Shown: piece by piece, positions 1-8,014 of the stretch
How positions within the stretch are numbered: the stretch's first letter is position 1
Layout of the letters: the number at the start of each line of letters is the position of its first letter
NCBI RefSeq assembly: GCF_000025945.1
Contig: NC_006138.1
Coordinates: 2,010,001-2,042,000, forward strand
DNA length: 32,000 nt
Reading direction: 5' to 3'
DNA from: Desulfotalea psychrophila LSv54
GTDB lineage: Bacteria; Desulfobacterota; Desulfobulbia; Desulfobulbales; Desulfocapsaceae
Notes under the pieces: model-generated
Database searches by the model: none
Told to the model about the DNA's origin: nothing
What the model saw: the letters and a program-made list of their open reading frames with translations, nothing else
Position numbers and translations under genes: made by a program

Positions 1-662
1 TCCGTTCCCCCTCCGGTTTTGAGGACATCCTTGAAACGTATGAGCATGGGGAACCAACGCTCGCCTATCTGCTTGAAGTCTTTAAACTCTGTTTTTTTAA
101 GGAGTTTGCCGCTTTTTGCGTAGAGCTCTTCCCTGAGTGGTACGGAGAGTTCTTGGTCAACCCATATCAGACGTGAATGGTAGGCCACGTCACTTCTTTT
201 TGCCAGCAGGCTAAGCAACCAGCATGGGCGCTCGGCGATGATCTCCGTTCCTTTTACTTCTGCCTGGTAGATTTCGGACAGGCGCGGATTCTCCATCATA
301 TCTTCGTAGGAGAGGTCTGAACCCATCAGGGACTGTCTGAGCATATGGCCAGAAATTTGTATCGTCCTGTCGGTGGTTGGCGAATACATCCAGAGCCGAT
401 CCTCAAGCTTTAACATCTTTGTTCCCCGTTCCCGGGCGGGGGCGAGATATTCAGTATAGGAGCGCTTATCTCTCTGGGACCAGGATTTTGATTTCACCGT
501 TCGGGTACCACGTCTGCTATGGATGATCATCCTGGAGACGATAATCTGGGTATCGGAGGTCATGTTCTTATCCACCCTCTCCAGTACCTCCAGGCCACTT
601 GGCAGGGCCGCATATGAGCTTGTGCTGATAAAGAAAAGGGCAATAATGATAAATGTTTTCAT
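1..662 (-). CDS. LolA-like outer-membrane lipoprotein-sorting family protein (3' end cut by window edge)
   Basis: An open minus-strand frame starts at the ATG at 660-662. This ATG forms a 4-nt ATGA overlap with the stop of the upstream permease at 659-661, and the frame runs out of the window. It is absent from the ORF track because it has no stop in the window. My translation is MKTFIIIALFFISTSSYAALPSG... (signal peptide) ...DRLWMYSPTTDRTIQISGHMLRQSLMGSDLSYEDMME.... The 'MGSDxSYEDM' core is what I remember from the LolA-like (PF17131-type) family. Confidence 0.6.
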   Translation of the reverse strand, partial: MKTFIIIALFFISTSSYAALPSGLEVLERVDKNMTSDTQIIVSRMIIHSRRGTRTVKSKSWSQRDKRSYTEYLAPARERGTKMLKLEDRLWMYSPTTDRTIQISGHMLRQSLMGSDLSYEDMMENPRLSEIYQAEVKGTEIIAERPCWLLSLLAKRSDVAYHSRLIWVDQELSVPLREELYAKSGKLLKKTEFKDFKQIGERWFPMLIRFKDVLKTGGGT

Positions 663-1933
663 GTTTCCAACTCCTTAAACAGTTGGGCTGTCTGCCGCTT
701 GTAGATACCTATCCCGGATAGGGCTGCGCCCAGAAGGGTTGAGGCTATTCCGGGAATAAAACCGATATAGTAGGTGCGGTAGCTGATCTCTGCCCGGATG
801 ATATTTGATATCATCATGCTTGAATTCTTGGTCATGGAGCCAATATCCAGACCGTAGGCTTGAAAATACCAGGCTATCAGGAGGCCGAGTAGGGTGCCTA
901 TGATAGAGCCAATGACTCCGATAATCAGAGCTTCAATGATGATTGAAGCATAGACATGGTGTTTGTTTTCTCCGATTGCCAGCCGTAATCCCATCTCTCC
1001 ATAACGACGCAGGCCACCTATCAGCCCGACATTCCAGAGAACAATGGACATGGCCATGATAAAGACAGCCGAGGCAATGAGGGAGATGTAGTTGGCCAGA
1101 TCTAAGTATTCCCCCAGGCCATCCTGATTTCGCAGGGCAAACATGACCGGCGCATATTCATCATCACTGGTGGCGAAGCCCTCATTAAAGGTCTCTGCAA
1201 TCCGTAGGGCCTCTGAATCATGATAGATACCATCCCTGAAGTAACCGAGGAGCTCCCCCGCGGCATCATCCATATCCAGGGCATGCTGAATGTCAGCGAT
1301 ATCTACCAGCAAGGCCCCTCTGTCCATGGCATTGACCCCAAACTTAATGGTGCCGGCAATGACGAAGTTCTGCATGCTCATGCTGCCATACATGGTTGAG
1401 CTTAACAGGGTCACCGTCTCGCCCGGATGAGCCTTTAACTTCGTGGCAAATTTATCGCCGAGGAGTATTTCTCCTGGACTAAGTGGGAAGCGCCCGCGGA
1501 CAATTGCCTCCCTTATATTAAGGGTGGCAATTTCAGTACTCTCAGGGGAGAGGAGATCGACGGCAAGGCCCATGGCCGGCCCCTGACTACTTGTCTCCCC
1601 CCGGGCATCCGGCACATCCACCAGACCACCAAAACGAATGCGCTTAACCCAGTTTAATTCGCCTTGGCTGGCCCGCAGCTCTTGCAGAAGATTATCGGCT
1701 CCCAGCAGTGCCAGATCATTGGGTATTTGAGATTTGTTTTTTGCATAGGCCCGGCTCATGATTTTGACATGGCCGGTGGAAAATTTGGCGTTTGAGCGGG
1801 CAATGTCTCCCATCTCCCCCTGCATCCATGCCTGGAGAAAGACGGTGAGCATTACACCGATGCTGACGGTGATAATTGGAAACAAACTTCGTGAACGGTC
1901 ACGGAGCAGTCCCTTGAGGAGGAAGGGTATCAT
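659..1933 (-). CDS. ABC transporter permease, FtsX/MacB/LolE-type
   Basis: 424-aa ORF. It has an N-terminal TM helix, a large periplasmic domain of about 230 aa and three C-terminal TM helices, which is the FtsX-family topology. It overlaps the upstream permease by 4 nt, and its stop (659-661) overlaps by 3 nt the ATG (660-662) of the downstream LolA-like gene, implying translational coupling. Confidence 0.85.
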   Translation of the reverse strand: MIPFLLKGLLRDRSRSLFPIITVSIGVMLTVFLQAWMQGEMGDIARSNAKFSTGHVKIMSRAYAKNKSQIPNDLALLGADNLLQELRASQGELNWVKRIRFGGLVDVPDARGETSSQGPAMGLAVDLLSPESTEIATLNIREAIVRGRFPLSPGEILLGDKFATKLKAHPGETVTLLSSTMYGSMSMQNFVIAGTIKFGVNAMDRGALLVDIADIQHALDMDDAAGELLGYFRDGIYHDSEALRIAETFNEGFATSDDEYAPVMFALRNQDGLGEYLDLANYISLIASAVFIMAMSIVLWNVGLIGGLRRYGEMGLRLAIGENKHHVYASIIIEALIIGVIGSIIGTLLGLLIAWYFQAYGLDIGSMTKNSSMMISNIIRAEISYRTYYIGFIPGIASTLLGAALSGIGIYKRQTAQLFKELET

Positions 1934-3093
1934 GGTAGTTTCCCCTTGATGGCATCGGTGGCGCTGAGATGGGAAATTTTGCGGGCTGGAATAAAGCTGA
2001 CGATGGTGACAATAACCATAACAATGAAAATGGTAGTAAAAATCAGGCTGGCACCGTAGATGGGAAAGATCCTGTCGCTGATGGCCAGTCCATAGCTATC
2101 TGTTATCTCCGGCATGGGAATTCCCCAAGTGGCCTGTATATAGAGTAGGGGGATGCCGTATATTGCGGCCACAAATATGGCAAGAATACCATGCATTGTG
2201 CCTTCCAGAGTGAAGAGGCGGATGATTGCTCCCCGTGGCATGCCAAGGGCGATGAGGGTGCCTATCTCCCTGCGCCGACGGAATATGGCTAGCACCTGGG
2301 TATCAAATATTGCCAGTAGGGCCAGAGAGAGGAGGATTGTATAGAGGATATAGCCGCTGATATTTTCCACCTGTAGTATGGCATTAAAGTCTTGGCTTAG
2401 AAATTCTCTGTCCCGAAAGATAAAGCCCTTTTGCGGACCATGGTCCTTTGTCTCCTGGTCCATGACAATGATACTTGCCTCTCCTGCTAGCTGCATCATA
2501 GCCTGGAGACGCTCCAATGGTAGCCACAGTTGCCCTTGGTCAATGGCCGGAACATTGGTCTTCATGATAGCCACCACCTTTCCCTCGGCGGCATCAAAAA
2601 CACCATGGGCATCACGCCAGCGAATGGTTACCGTGTCACCCTTTTGCAGGTTGGTACTTTCAGCCATCCGGGTACCGAGTAAAATTGGAATCTCTGGGGT
2701 CTGCAGTTGCAGGTCAGCGCTTGGCAAATGAAGAATCTCTTGTTTTGGTGTAATGCCCTTGAGCAGGCAGCTTTGCATCCGACCTTGGGGGTAGATGGTC
2801 GCCTGGACGATAAGGATGGGAGTCGCGTCCTTTGAGTCCTGTAATGCCCTTGGCACAGGGGCATGACTTTCCTCCAGAGAAAGAGGGTCATAGGGATCAT
2901 AGTTTTGCTGCCAGTACTGGCCGCCACCGATTTCCCAGTTGAGCATATCGCGGAGGGCCTGTTGCTTCCAACCATCCAGCAGGCCCTGTTGCCAGATGAT
3001 GATCACATAGACCATGGAGAGGACAATAGCATTGAGCCAGGTGCGTAGGCCTGCGCCGAGCAGATTGCGGTAGGCCAGCTTTAGAGAGAGCAT
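1930..3093 (-). CDS. ABC transporter permease, FtsX/MacB/LolC-type (second paralog)
   Basis: 387-aa ORF with the same 1+3 TM topology and a periplasmic domain. It overlaps the ATPase gene by 13 nt (3081-3093). Confidence 0.85.
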   Translation of the reverse strand: MLSLKLAYRNLLGAGLRTWLNAIVLSMVYVIIIWQQGLLDGWKQQALRDMLNWEIGGGQYWQQNYDPYDPLSLEESHAPVPRALQDSKDATPILIVQATIYPQGRMQSCLLKGITPKQEILHLPSADLQLQTPEIPILLGTRMAESTNLQKGDTVTIRWRDAHGVFDAAEGKVVAIMKTNVPAIDQGQLWLPLERLQAMMQLAGEASIIVMDQETKDHGPQKGFIFRDREFLSQDFNAILQVENISGYILYTILLSLALLAIFDTQVLAIFRRRREIGTLIALGMPRGAIIRLFTLEGTMHGILAIFVAAIYGIPLLYIQATWGIPMPEITDSYGLAISDRIFPIYGASLIFTTIFIVMVIVTIVSFIPARKISHLSATDAIKGKLP

Positions 3094-3836
3094 GGCATCT
3101 CTCCCCCATAATTTGTCTCCATTCGTGCTAGGTGAACAGGTCTTTCAATATATTCGTCTGCCACCACCCTGCCATCGTCGAGAGAAATTTTACGTCGAAG
3201 ATAGCCGATAACCTTCTCGTCGTGACTGGCAAAGATAAAGGTTGTATTGAATTCTCTGTTCAGCTTGACCATGGTCTGGAGAATGTGGTGGGAGTTTTTG
3301 GCATCCAGATTGGCGGTAGGTTCATCGGCCAGGACAATTTCCGGGGATTTGACCATGGCCCGGGCAATGGCTACTCGTTGGCTTTCGCCGCCGGAGAGCT
3401 GGGACGGACGAGATTGAGCCTTATCGGTTAAGCCAACTGCCTCCAGGGCCTGCAGAACCATTTTATTTCGTTCTCTGGCCGGTGTTTTTAGTAAGAGGAG
3501 AGGGAACTCGACATTTTCGAAAACCGTATAGACGGGCAGGAGGTTGTAGGTTTGGAAGATAAATCCCAGGCTCTTGTTTCGCAACTGCGATGCCTGGCTA
3601 TGGCTTAGTTCCTTGATGGAGTGGCCCAACACAGTAGCGCTTCCCTTGGTCGGTATATCCAGTGAACCGATAATATTGAGCAGTGTTGTTTTCCCCGAGC
3701 CACTGGGCCCGACTAGGCCGGTGAATTCGCCTCTGGTAAAGGAGAGGGTCACGTTACTCAGGGCGGTAAACTCTCTGTCGCCAATGGGGAATTTTTTTGT
3801 TAGGCCGTTGATGGTGATAATGTTAGAGTTATCCAT
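3081..3836 (-). CDS. ABC transporter ATP-binding protein (LolD/MacB-type)
   Basis: Walker [13 protein letters not shown] signature LSGGESQR, Walker B IVLADEPT and the H-loop (ASHD) are all present. A GAAGGAAG RBS lies upstream of the ATG. Confidence 0.92.
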   Translation of the reverse strand: MDNSNIITINGLTKKFPIGDREFTALSNVTLSFTRGEFTGLVGPSGSGKTTLLNIIGSLDIPTKGSATVLGHSIKELSHSQASQLRNKSLGFIFQTYNLLPVYTVFENVEFPLLLLKTPARERNKMVLQALEAVGLTDKAQSRPSQLSGGESQRVAIARAMVKSPEIVLADEPTANLDAKNSHHILQTMVKLNREFNTTFIFASHDEKVIGYLRRKISLDDGRVVADEYIERPVHLARMETNYGGEMPCSL

Positions 3837-3860
3837 AATATCTTCCTTCTGCTACTTGTT

Positions 3861-5024
3861 TTAATGGTTAAATACTAACAGTATTTGCATTCCCTTGCCG
3901 GCGAAGCTGTTGTTTGTTGCCTGATCCTGCGAGGTCAGTGGTTGCTCGGGATTGGAGAAGAGACTCACGTTTAACTGCCATTCATCATAGGTTCGCTGCC
4001 AGGTGATAAATGGTGACCAATAACTTTCCTGCCAGTCATAGTAGTTAATGGCCACCAGGGTATCGAGGATACCAAGGGGGTAGGTAACTGACAGTGCTGA
4101 GATGGCCTGTCTTTTTTCGTTGCCGAAGGATTTCTTTGACCATCTCCCTTCAAGATGTTCGCCAAGGACATGTAGGCCGTTACCAAGGTCAAAGGTGTAG
4201 TCCATCCCCACGGTTAAAAGTCTCTGATAGGGCAGTTCCACTGCCTCCAGATCCTGACGAGTCAGGCTGGCTTCAAACCAGAGACCTGCGCCCAGATCCC
4301 ATTTTCCATCAAGTCCTAAACGATCTTCTGCAAAGATGGGGAGTGTCTGTCCTGTGGTCTGGGAGAAAAAATCTTTGCCATTTACCCATCTATGATCATA
4401 GGAGAGAGCTATTTCACCGGCGAGGAGAGTGAGCTGGGCTCGTCCGCCATATTCAACCCGCCTCTTCTCCGTGGGCATGGTCTCCCAGCCCTTCAGGTCA
4501 TGGTTGCCGTAGAGCAACCAGAGCCAGATATTGGCATTGTTAGGGAAATAGTATCTGCCCAGTAGGCCATAGACCCCATCGGTCAGCTGCTGAGGGTCGC
4601 GTGGATCAAGGGTGTCGAACCAGCGCAGGGGTCTGAGCAGGGTGGCCGAGCCGAAGCTGATTTTCTGCAGACCTGCGCGCAACTCGTATTGGTTGGCTGC
4701 AAAGCGCAACCAGAGGCGGTAGGGATCTAGGGTAGCATCCTCCTGACTGCCCCCGCCCAGATGCTTTGCCCACTGGGCATTGATCGCAGCCTCCGCACTG
4801 AGTTTATAGTTCTCTGTAAGTGCCTTCTGCCAGGAGAGTTCAGGGATGTATTGCATCCCGAATTGGCTACTATTCTCGCTCGCTATGAGCCAGGTCGATG
4901 CCTGACCGGAGAAATCAACTGTCCCGGCCTGGGCTATTTGGTTCCAGGCAAGGAGTAGGGTGCTGACCAGAAGCCAGCCAAGGGCTTTTCCTTTAAAAGG
5001 ATATCGTTGAAATAGGGTGGACAT
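3861..5024 (-). CDS. Secreted protein, predicted outer-membrane beta-barrel (uncharacterised)
   Basis: I prefer the internal ATG at 5022-5024 (MSTLFQRYPFKGKALGWLLVSTLLLAWNQIAQA = signal peptide), which is preceded by AGGTGA 5 nt upstream. The tracked ORF start at 5075 has no RBS. The mature part is rich in alternating aromatic/polar beta-strand-like stretches (YGLLGRYYF, IWLWLLYGN, LTVGMDYTFDL). It is the first gene of the ABC cluster. I cannot name its family. Confidence 0.55.
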   Translation of the reverse strand: MSTLFQRYPFKGKALGWLLVSTLLLAWNQIAQAGTVDFSGQASTWLIASENSSQFGMQYIPELSWQKALTENYKLSAEAAINAQWAKHLGGGSQEDATLDPYRLWLRFAANQYELRAGLQKISFGSATLLRPLRWFDTLDPRDPQQLTDGVYGLLGRYYFPNNANIWLWLLYGNHDLKGWETMPTEKRRVEYGGRAQLTLLAGEIALSYDHRWVNGKDFFSQTTGQTLPIFAEDRLGLDGKWDLGAGLWFEASLTRQDLEAVELPYQRLLTVGMDYTFDLGNGLHVLGEHLEGRWSKKSFGNEKRQAISALSVTYPLGILDTLVAINYYDWQESYWSPFITWQRTYDEWQLNVSLFSNPEQPLTSQDQATNNSFAGKGMQILLVFNH

Positions 5025-5277
5025 TGATTCACCTGTTGCATCTTGACGGAGATCATGGTGGCAGATCATCTCCAACCTTGCCGCGAATATTTTGAAGGGC
5101 TACTCTAAGCCTATCTTTTCTGAATTAATAGAACAAGTGCGACCCTGCTATGAGCTGGCAGAGAGGAGGAAAAAGAGGCGGGTGGAAGGATGAATCTGGT
5201 AGGTCGAGCCCGTCGGCTATTGATCACGTCGGGATAAGAAGCTGGTCTGGCCCTGTTCTCTCGCTGCCCTCTGCTCT

Positions 5278-6198
5278 TTATTTTGGCATCTGGTTTGAAT
5301 CAGCCATCACTGTTCCGTCAAATAGTTCAGGATATTTTTCTTTCATACAGGATGGGCAAATTCCATGGCTGAACTTTGCTTCGGAATGGTCTGAAATGAA
5401 CTTTTCCAGTTGATTCCAATAGCCCCGGTCGTCCCTGATCTCTTTGCAGTGCATGCAGATGGGGATTATTCCGCTCAGGCTCTTGACCTCAGCCAGAGCA
5501 TCTGTAAGTTCATTGACGGTTCTCAGTAGTTTTTTTCTGGAGAGTGTCAGCTCTGTTTCCAGGCGCTGACTGTTGAGCATGATCCAGCTAATGCCAATCC
5601 CAACCTCATAGATGGTGAGTTCTAAAAAATAGAGCTGATGGCTGCTTCCGGCGTTAAGAAGTCTCTCCTCTGGAGCGAGGAACCATGAGGCCGCACGGGT
5701 GATTATAAAGAGGGCGTCAATGAGATAGAGTGAGGCGATCGCTGTGTGTAGATTTTTGTTTTCCTTCGTTTTGCTTCTGTAAAATTGCCTACTGATCATG
5801 ATGGCAAATGCTGTTATGGGAATAGAGAAAAACAGGCTGCGTAGTACGATGTCATTTTTGCTGAGAGATAAATAGGCGAAGATAGGGAGCGCTATAAGAG
5901 GCAGGCAGTAGTAGCGTCGTTTAAGTCTCTGGTTATGGGTAAATTGTCGGGCAGCATCAAGACGGAGCACCGCGGTAAGAAAGAATAAGAAGTTCGGTAA
6001 AATGGAGCTGAGCCAAAGCGGTATCTGTCCCCGAAGTATCATGGGGATATAGGCAAGTGCTGCAAGGAAAATGGAGAGGAGGAGGGCCTCATAGCCGGAA
6101 TAGGTTTTATAGTTCAGTCTGTAAAAGAGCAGGGCGAAGGCCATAAAGAAGGCTATTCCCATATTGCAGACCATGAGTGTTTTTATATCTAAAGCCAT
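5278..6198 (-). CDS. 7-TM receptor fused to a coiled coil and a C-terminal Cys4 'IRDDxGYW / FSHGICPxC' module
   Basis: About seven hydrophobic helices occupy the first 210 aa or so. A coiled coil follows (SQRLETELTLSRKKLLRTVNELTDALAEVKSL). The C-terminus is IPICMHCKEIRDDRGYWNQLEKFISDHSEAKFSHGICPSCMKEKYPE (CxxC...CxxC). No kinase, GGDEF, EAL, HD-GYP or DNA-binding motif is visible. Confidence 0.75.
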   Translation of the reverse strand: MALDIKTLMVCNMGIAFFMAFALLFYRLNYKTYSGYEALLLSIFLAALAYIPMILRGQIPLWLSSILPNFLFFLTAVLRLDAARQFTHNQRLKRRYYCLPLIALPIFAYLSLSKNDIVLRSLFFSIPITAFAIMISRQFYRSKTKENKNLHTAIASLYLIDALFIITRAASWFLAPEERLLNAGSSHQLYFLELTIYEVGIGISWIMLNSQRLETELTLSRKKLLRTVNELTDALAEVKSLSGIIPICMHCKEIRDDRGYWNQLEKFISDHSEAKFSHGICPSCMKEKYPELFDGTVMADSNQMPK

Positions 6199-6371
6199 CT
6201 CTGCACTCCGGCCTATTAATGTTTTGAGTGTGCCAGGGCGGCTGGTGCCTGTTTTACGGGCTGAGGGAGGGTAATCCGGATCCGTTGTCCTGCAGCATTT
6301 TCACTATGAATAAGTATATCTTTCTTATAGTCGGCAAAGGTTCTCTTGCCAAGAGATTAGGCGGGCTGTGG

Positions 6372-6396
6372 GCGGCTGAAAATTTAAATCAGCCGC
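6372..6396 (-). terminator. Hairpin downstream of the hemerythrin gene (possible terminator)
   Basis: GCGGCTGA (6372-6379) pairs with TCAGCCGC (6389-6396), giving an 8-bp stem and a 9-nt loop. It lies 25 nt past the hemerythrin stop. No clean U-tract follows on the minus-strand transcript. Confidence 0.35.
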
Positions 6397-6420
6397 TCTT
6401 GGCGGAAAAAAATTAAGGTC

Positions 6421-6891
6421 TCAACAAAGGGAAACTGCCCTCTTCGCATCTCCTTGGGGGGCTAAGAGAAGAGCTGCTGAGCATTTTTGCTCTGGAATCT
6501 CTTTGCAGTAGGGGGCATATTTTTTATCCATCTCTTGGATATGGATAATGAACCATTTGTGGATGAAACGATAAAATTTGGCCGCGCCTTTGGGAAAGTT
6601 GTTGCTTATGCCTCTTTGCAGTTTGAGCATTTCAGCTTTGAGTCGGCTGTGTTCTGCTATATGTTCTTCAAGATATGGATAGGCTACTGCCCTCATAGCC
6701 TGCTCTTCTCTGATAAAGTGTTGTTCGGTGTAGGAGATGATCTCTTTGCAGGCCTCTTCGGTAACATCTTTACCTGATCTATCTCGCAGGGTGAAGAACA
6801 TGAGGTCGATTAACTCAACAATCTGCTGATGTTCCCCGTCGAAGTGTTCAACCCCGGTATTGTATGTGTCCTGCCATTTGATAACAGCCAT
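6421..6891 (-). CDS. Bacteriohemerythrin-like metal-binding protein
   Basis: The typical start is present (IKWQDTYNTGVEHFDGEHQQIVELI). The ligand-type motifs are present: H..(x)..HxxxE (HFDGEHQQIVE), HFIREE, HIAEH and HIQEMD. An AAGGGG RBS lies 7 nt upstream of the ATG. Confidence 0.85.
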   Translation of the reverse strand: MAVIKWQDTYNTGVEHFDGEHQQIVELIDLMFFTLRDRSGKDVTEEACKEIISYTEQHFIREEQAMRAVAYPYLEEHIAEHSRLKAEMLKLQRGISNNFPKGAAKFYRFIHKWFIIHIQEMDKKYAPYCKEIPEQKCSAALLLAPQGDAKRAVSLC

Positions 6892-6901
6892 AGCTAACCC
6901 C

Positions 6902-7132
6902 TTATTTTGAAGAGAGCTCTATTCGCTCTTTCGGTGGTGAGGTCACCCCTTGAGTGCTGGCGCATGTTCTCTTAATAAAGAGGGGGACCGTCTTATCGTC
7001 GAAGTTTATCTTAGGATTGACTCTAAAGGCAAATTTAAAAACAATGGGAGGATAATTAGTTCTAGGACAGGATAATAATCTGAGCAGTGAGGTTAAAAGG
7101 ATCTCGTCTAATAGGTGCTGTTGCTGAGTCAT
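6902..7132 (-). CDS. Hypothetical 76-aa protein (doubtful)
   Basis: The ORF ends 10 nt before the hemerythrin ATG, which would fit translational coupling. It has no recognisable RBS at its own ATG and no motif I recognise. Confidence 0.25.
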   Translation of the reverse strand: MTQQQHLLDEILLTSLLRLLSCPRTNYPPIVFKFAFRVNPKINFDDKTVPLFIKRTCASTQGVTSPPKERIELSSK

Positions 7133-7194
7133 TTATTGCATGAGACTTCAGGGCTTTAATGGTCTCTGCTCGGGTGCTGTGATCTGGCAGGAGG

Positions 7195-7220
7195 GCGGGG
7201 AAGACCCGCCAGGTGGCGGG
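7195..7220 (-). terminator. GC-rich hairpin after the EF-hand gene (possible terminator, alternative pairings)
   Basis: Three segments are present: GGCGGG (7195-7200), CCCGCC (7205-7210) and GGCGGG (7215-7220). The middle segment can pair with either flank. The structure lies 35-60 nt past the stop at 7255. The U-tract on the minus transcript is weak (UCUUCC). Confidence 0.35.
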
Positions 7221-7254
7221 CCTTGCTTTTAAGGGGAATGGTCATGGCTAAGGC

Positions 7255-7827
7255 TCAGCCCTTGTCACTCTTCCACGAGTTCCACTCTTTTTTGCTTAAT
7301 TTGCCATCTTTATTTGCATCAGCTTCACGGATAATGCGCTCGGCATTTAATGGATAACTGGTTGTGATCTCTGAGCGCATAATGGTCTGGTCGCCATCCT
7401 TGTCTATTGCTACGAAGCCCTTGGCAAAGCGAACTCTCTCCATCTGATAGTATATTGCGGTTCTTTTTTTGCCACTTTCCAGATAGTAGATAGACATGGT
7501 CTGTGGGCTTGTGAATTGTCCTCTGGCAAAGCCTTCCATCTCTGCAAAGTAAAGACTGGTGCCATCGACACCGATAACGCCGGAGAAAGCTTCTTTGACA
7601 ACAGAGCTTTTTTTGCCGAACCAGAGTTTTTCTCCTGAAAAGAGGGGCCCTTCCTGCTTATTGATAACAAAGACAGCCTTTCCTGTCTTGGTCTCCCCTT
7701 TTGGATTCAGTTTTGTCGCCATACCACCCCATGTACCCCGTACCTCCGGGTAGTTGGTCGCAAAAACGGCAGAACCGAGAAAAAACTGACATAGAACAAT
7801 GATACCGATGATCTTTTTCATAGACAC
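7255..7827 (-). CDS. Secreted protein with C-terminal EF-hand pair (Ca2+-binding type)
   Basis: The signal peptide is MSMKKIIGIIVLCQFFLGSAVFA. Two EF-hand-like loops are present, DKDGDQTIMRSE and DANKDGKLSKKE. A GGAGAG RBS lies 6 nt upstream. Confidence 0.75.
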   Translation of the reverse strand: MSMKKIIGIIVLCQFFLGSAVFATNYPEVRGTWGGMATKLNPKGETKTGKAVFVINKQEGPLFSGEKLWFGKKSSVVKEAFSGVIGVDGTSLYFAEMEGFARGQFTSPQTMSIYYLESGKKRTAIYYQMERVRFAKGFVAIDKDGDQTIMRSEITTSYPLNAERIIREADANKDGKLSKKEWNSWKSDKG

Positions 7828-8014
7828 TCTCCGTGGGTGATGGGGCGTTGTTTGCAGGAGGTACCAAGGGCTCTTACCTCCCCGTCGATTTCACTGGTGC
7901 AGACAGGGGTAAGTGTATCTGGGTTAAAGGTGCGAATGCAACATTTTACAATGAAATACTGAAGGTGGCCTATGATCTCTGGTCTTGAGGGAGTAATATT
8001 TTGGGCAGAAGCAA

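Noticed and set aside
5150-5413. An 87-aa plus-strand ORF spanning the gap between the ABC cluster and the 7TM-Cys4 gene.
   Set aside because: Its 3' half overlaps the well-supported Cys4 module coding region on the other strand. It has no RBS, and the translation is low-complexity (Gly/Arg/Ser/Trp-rich).
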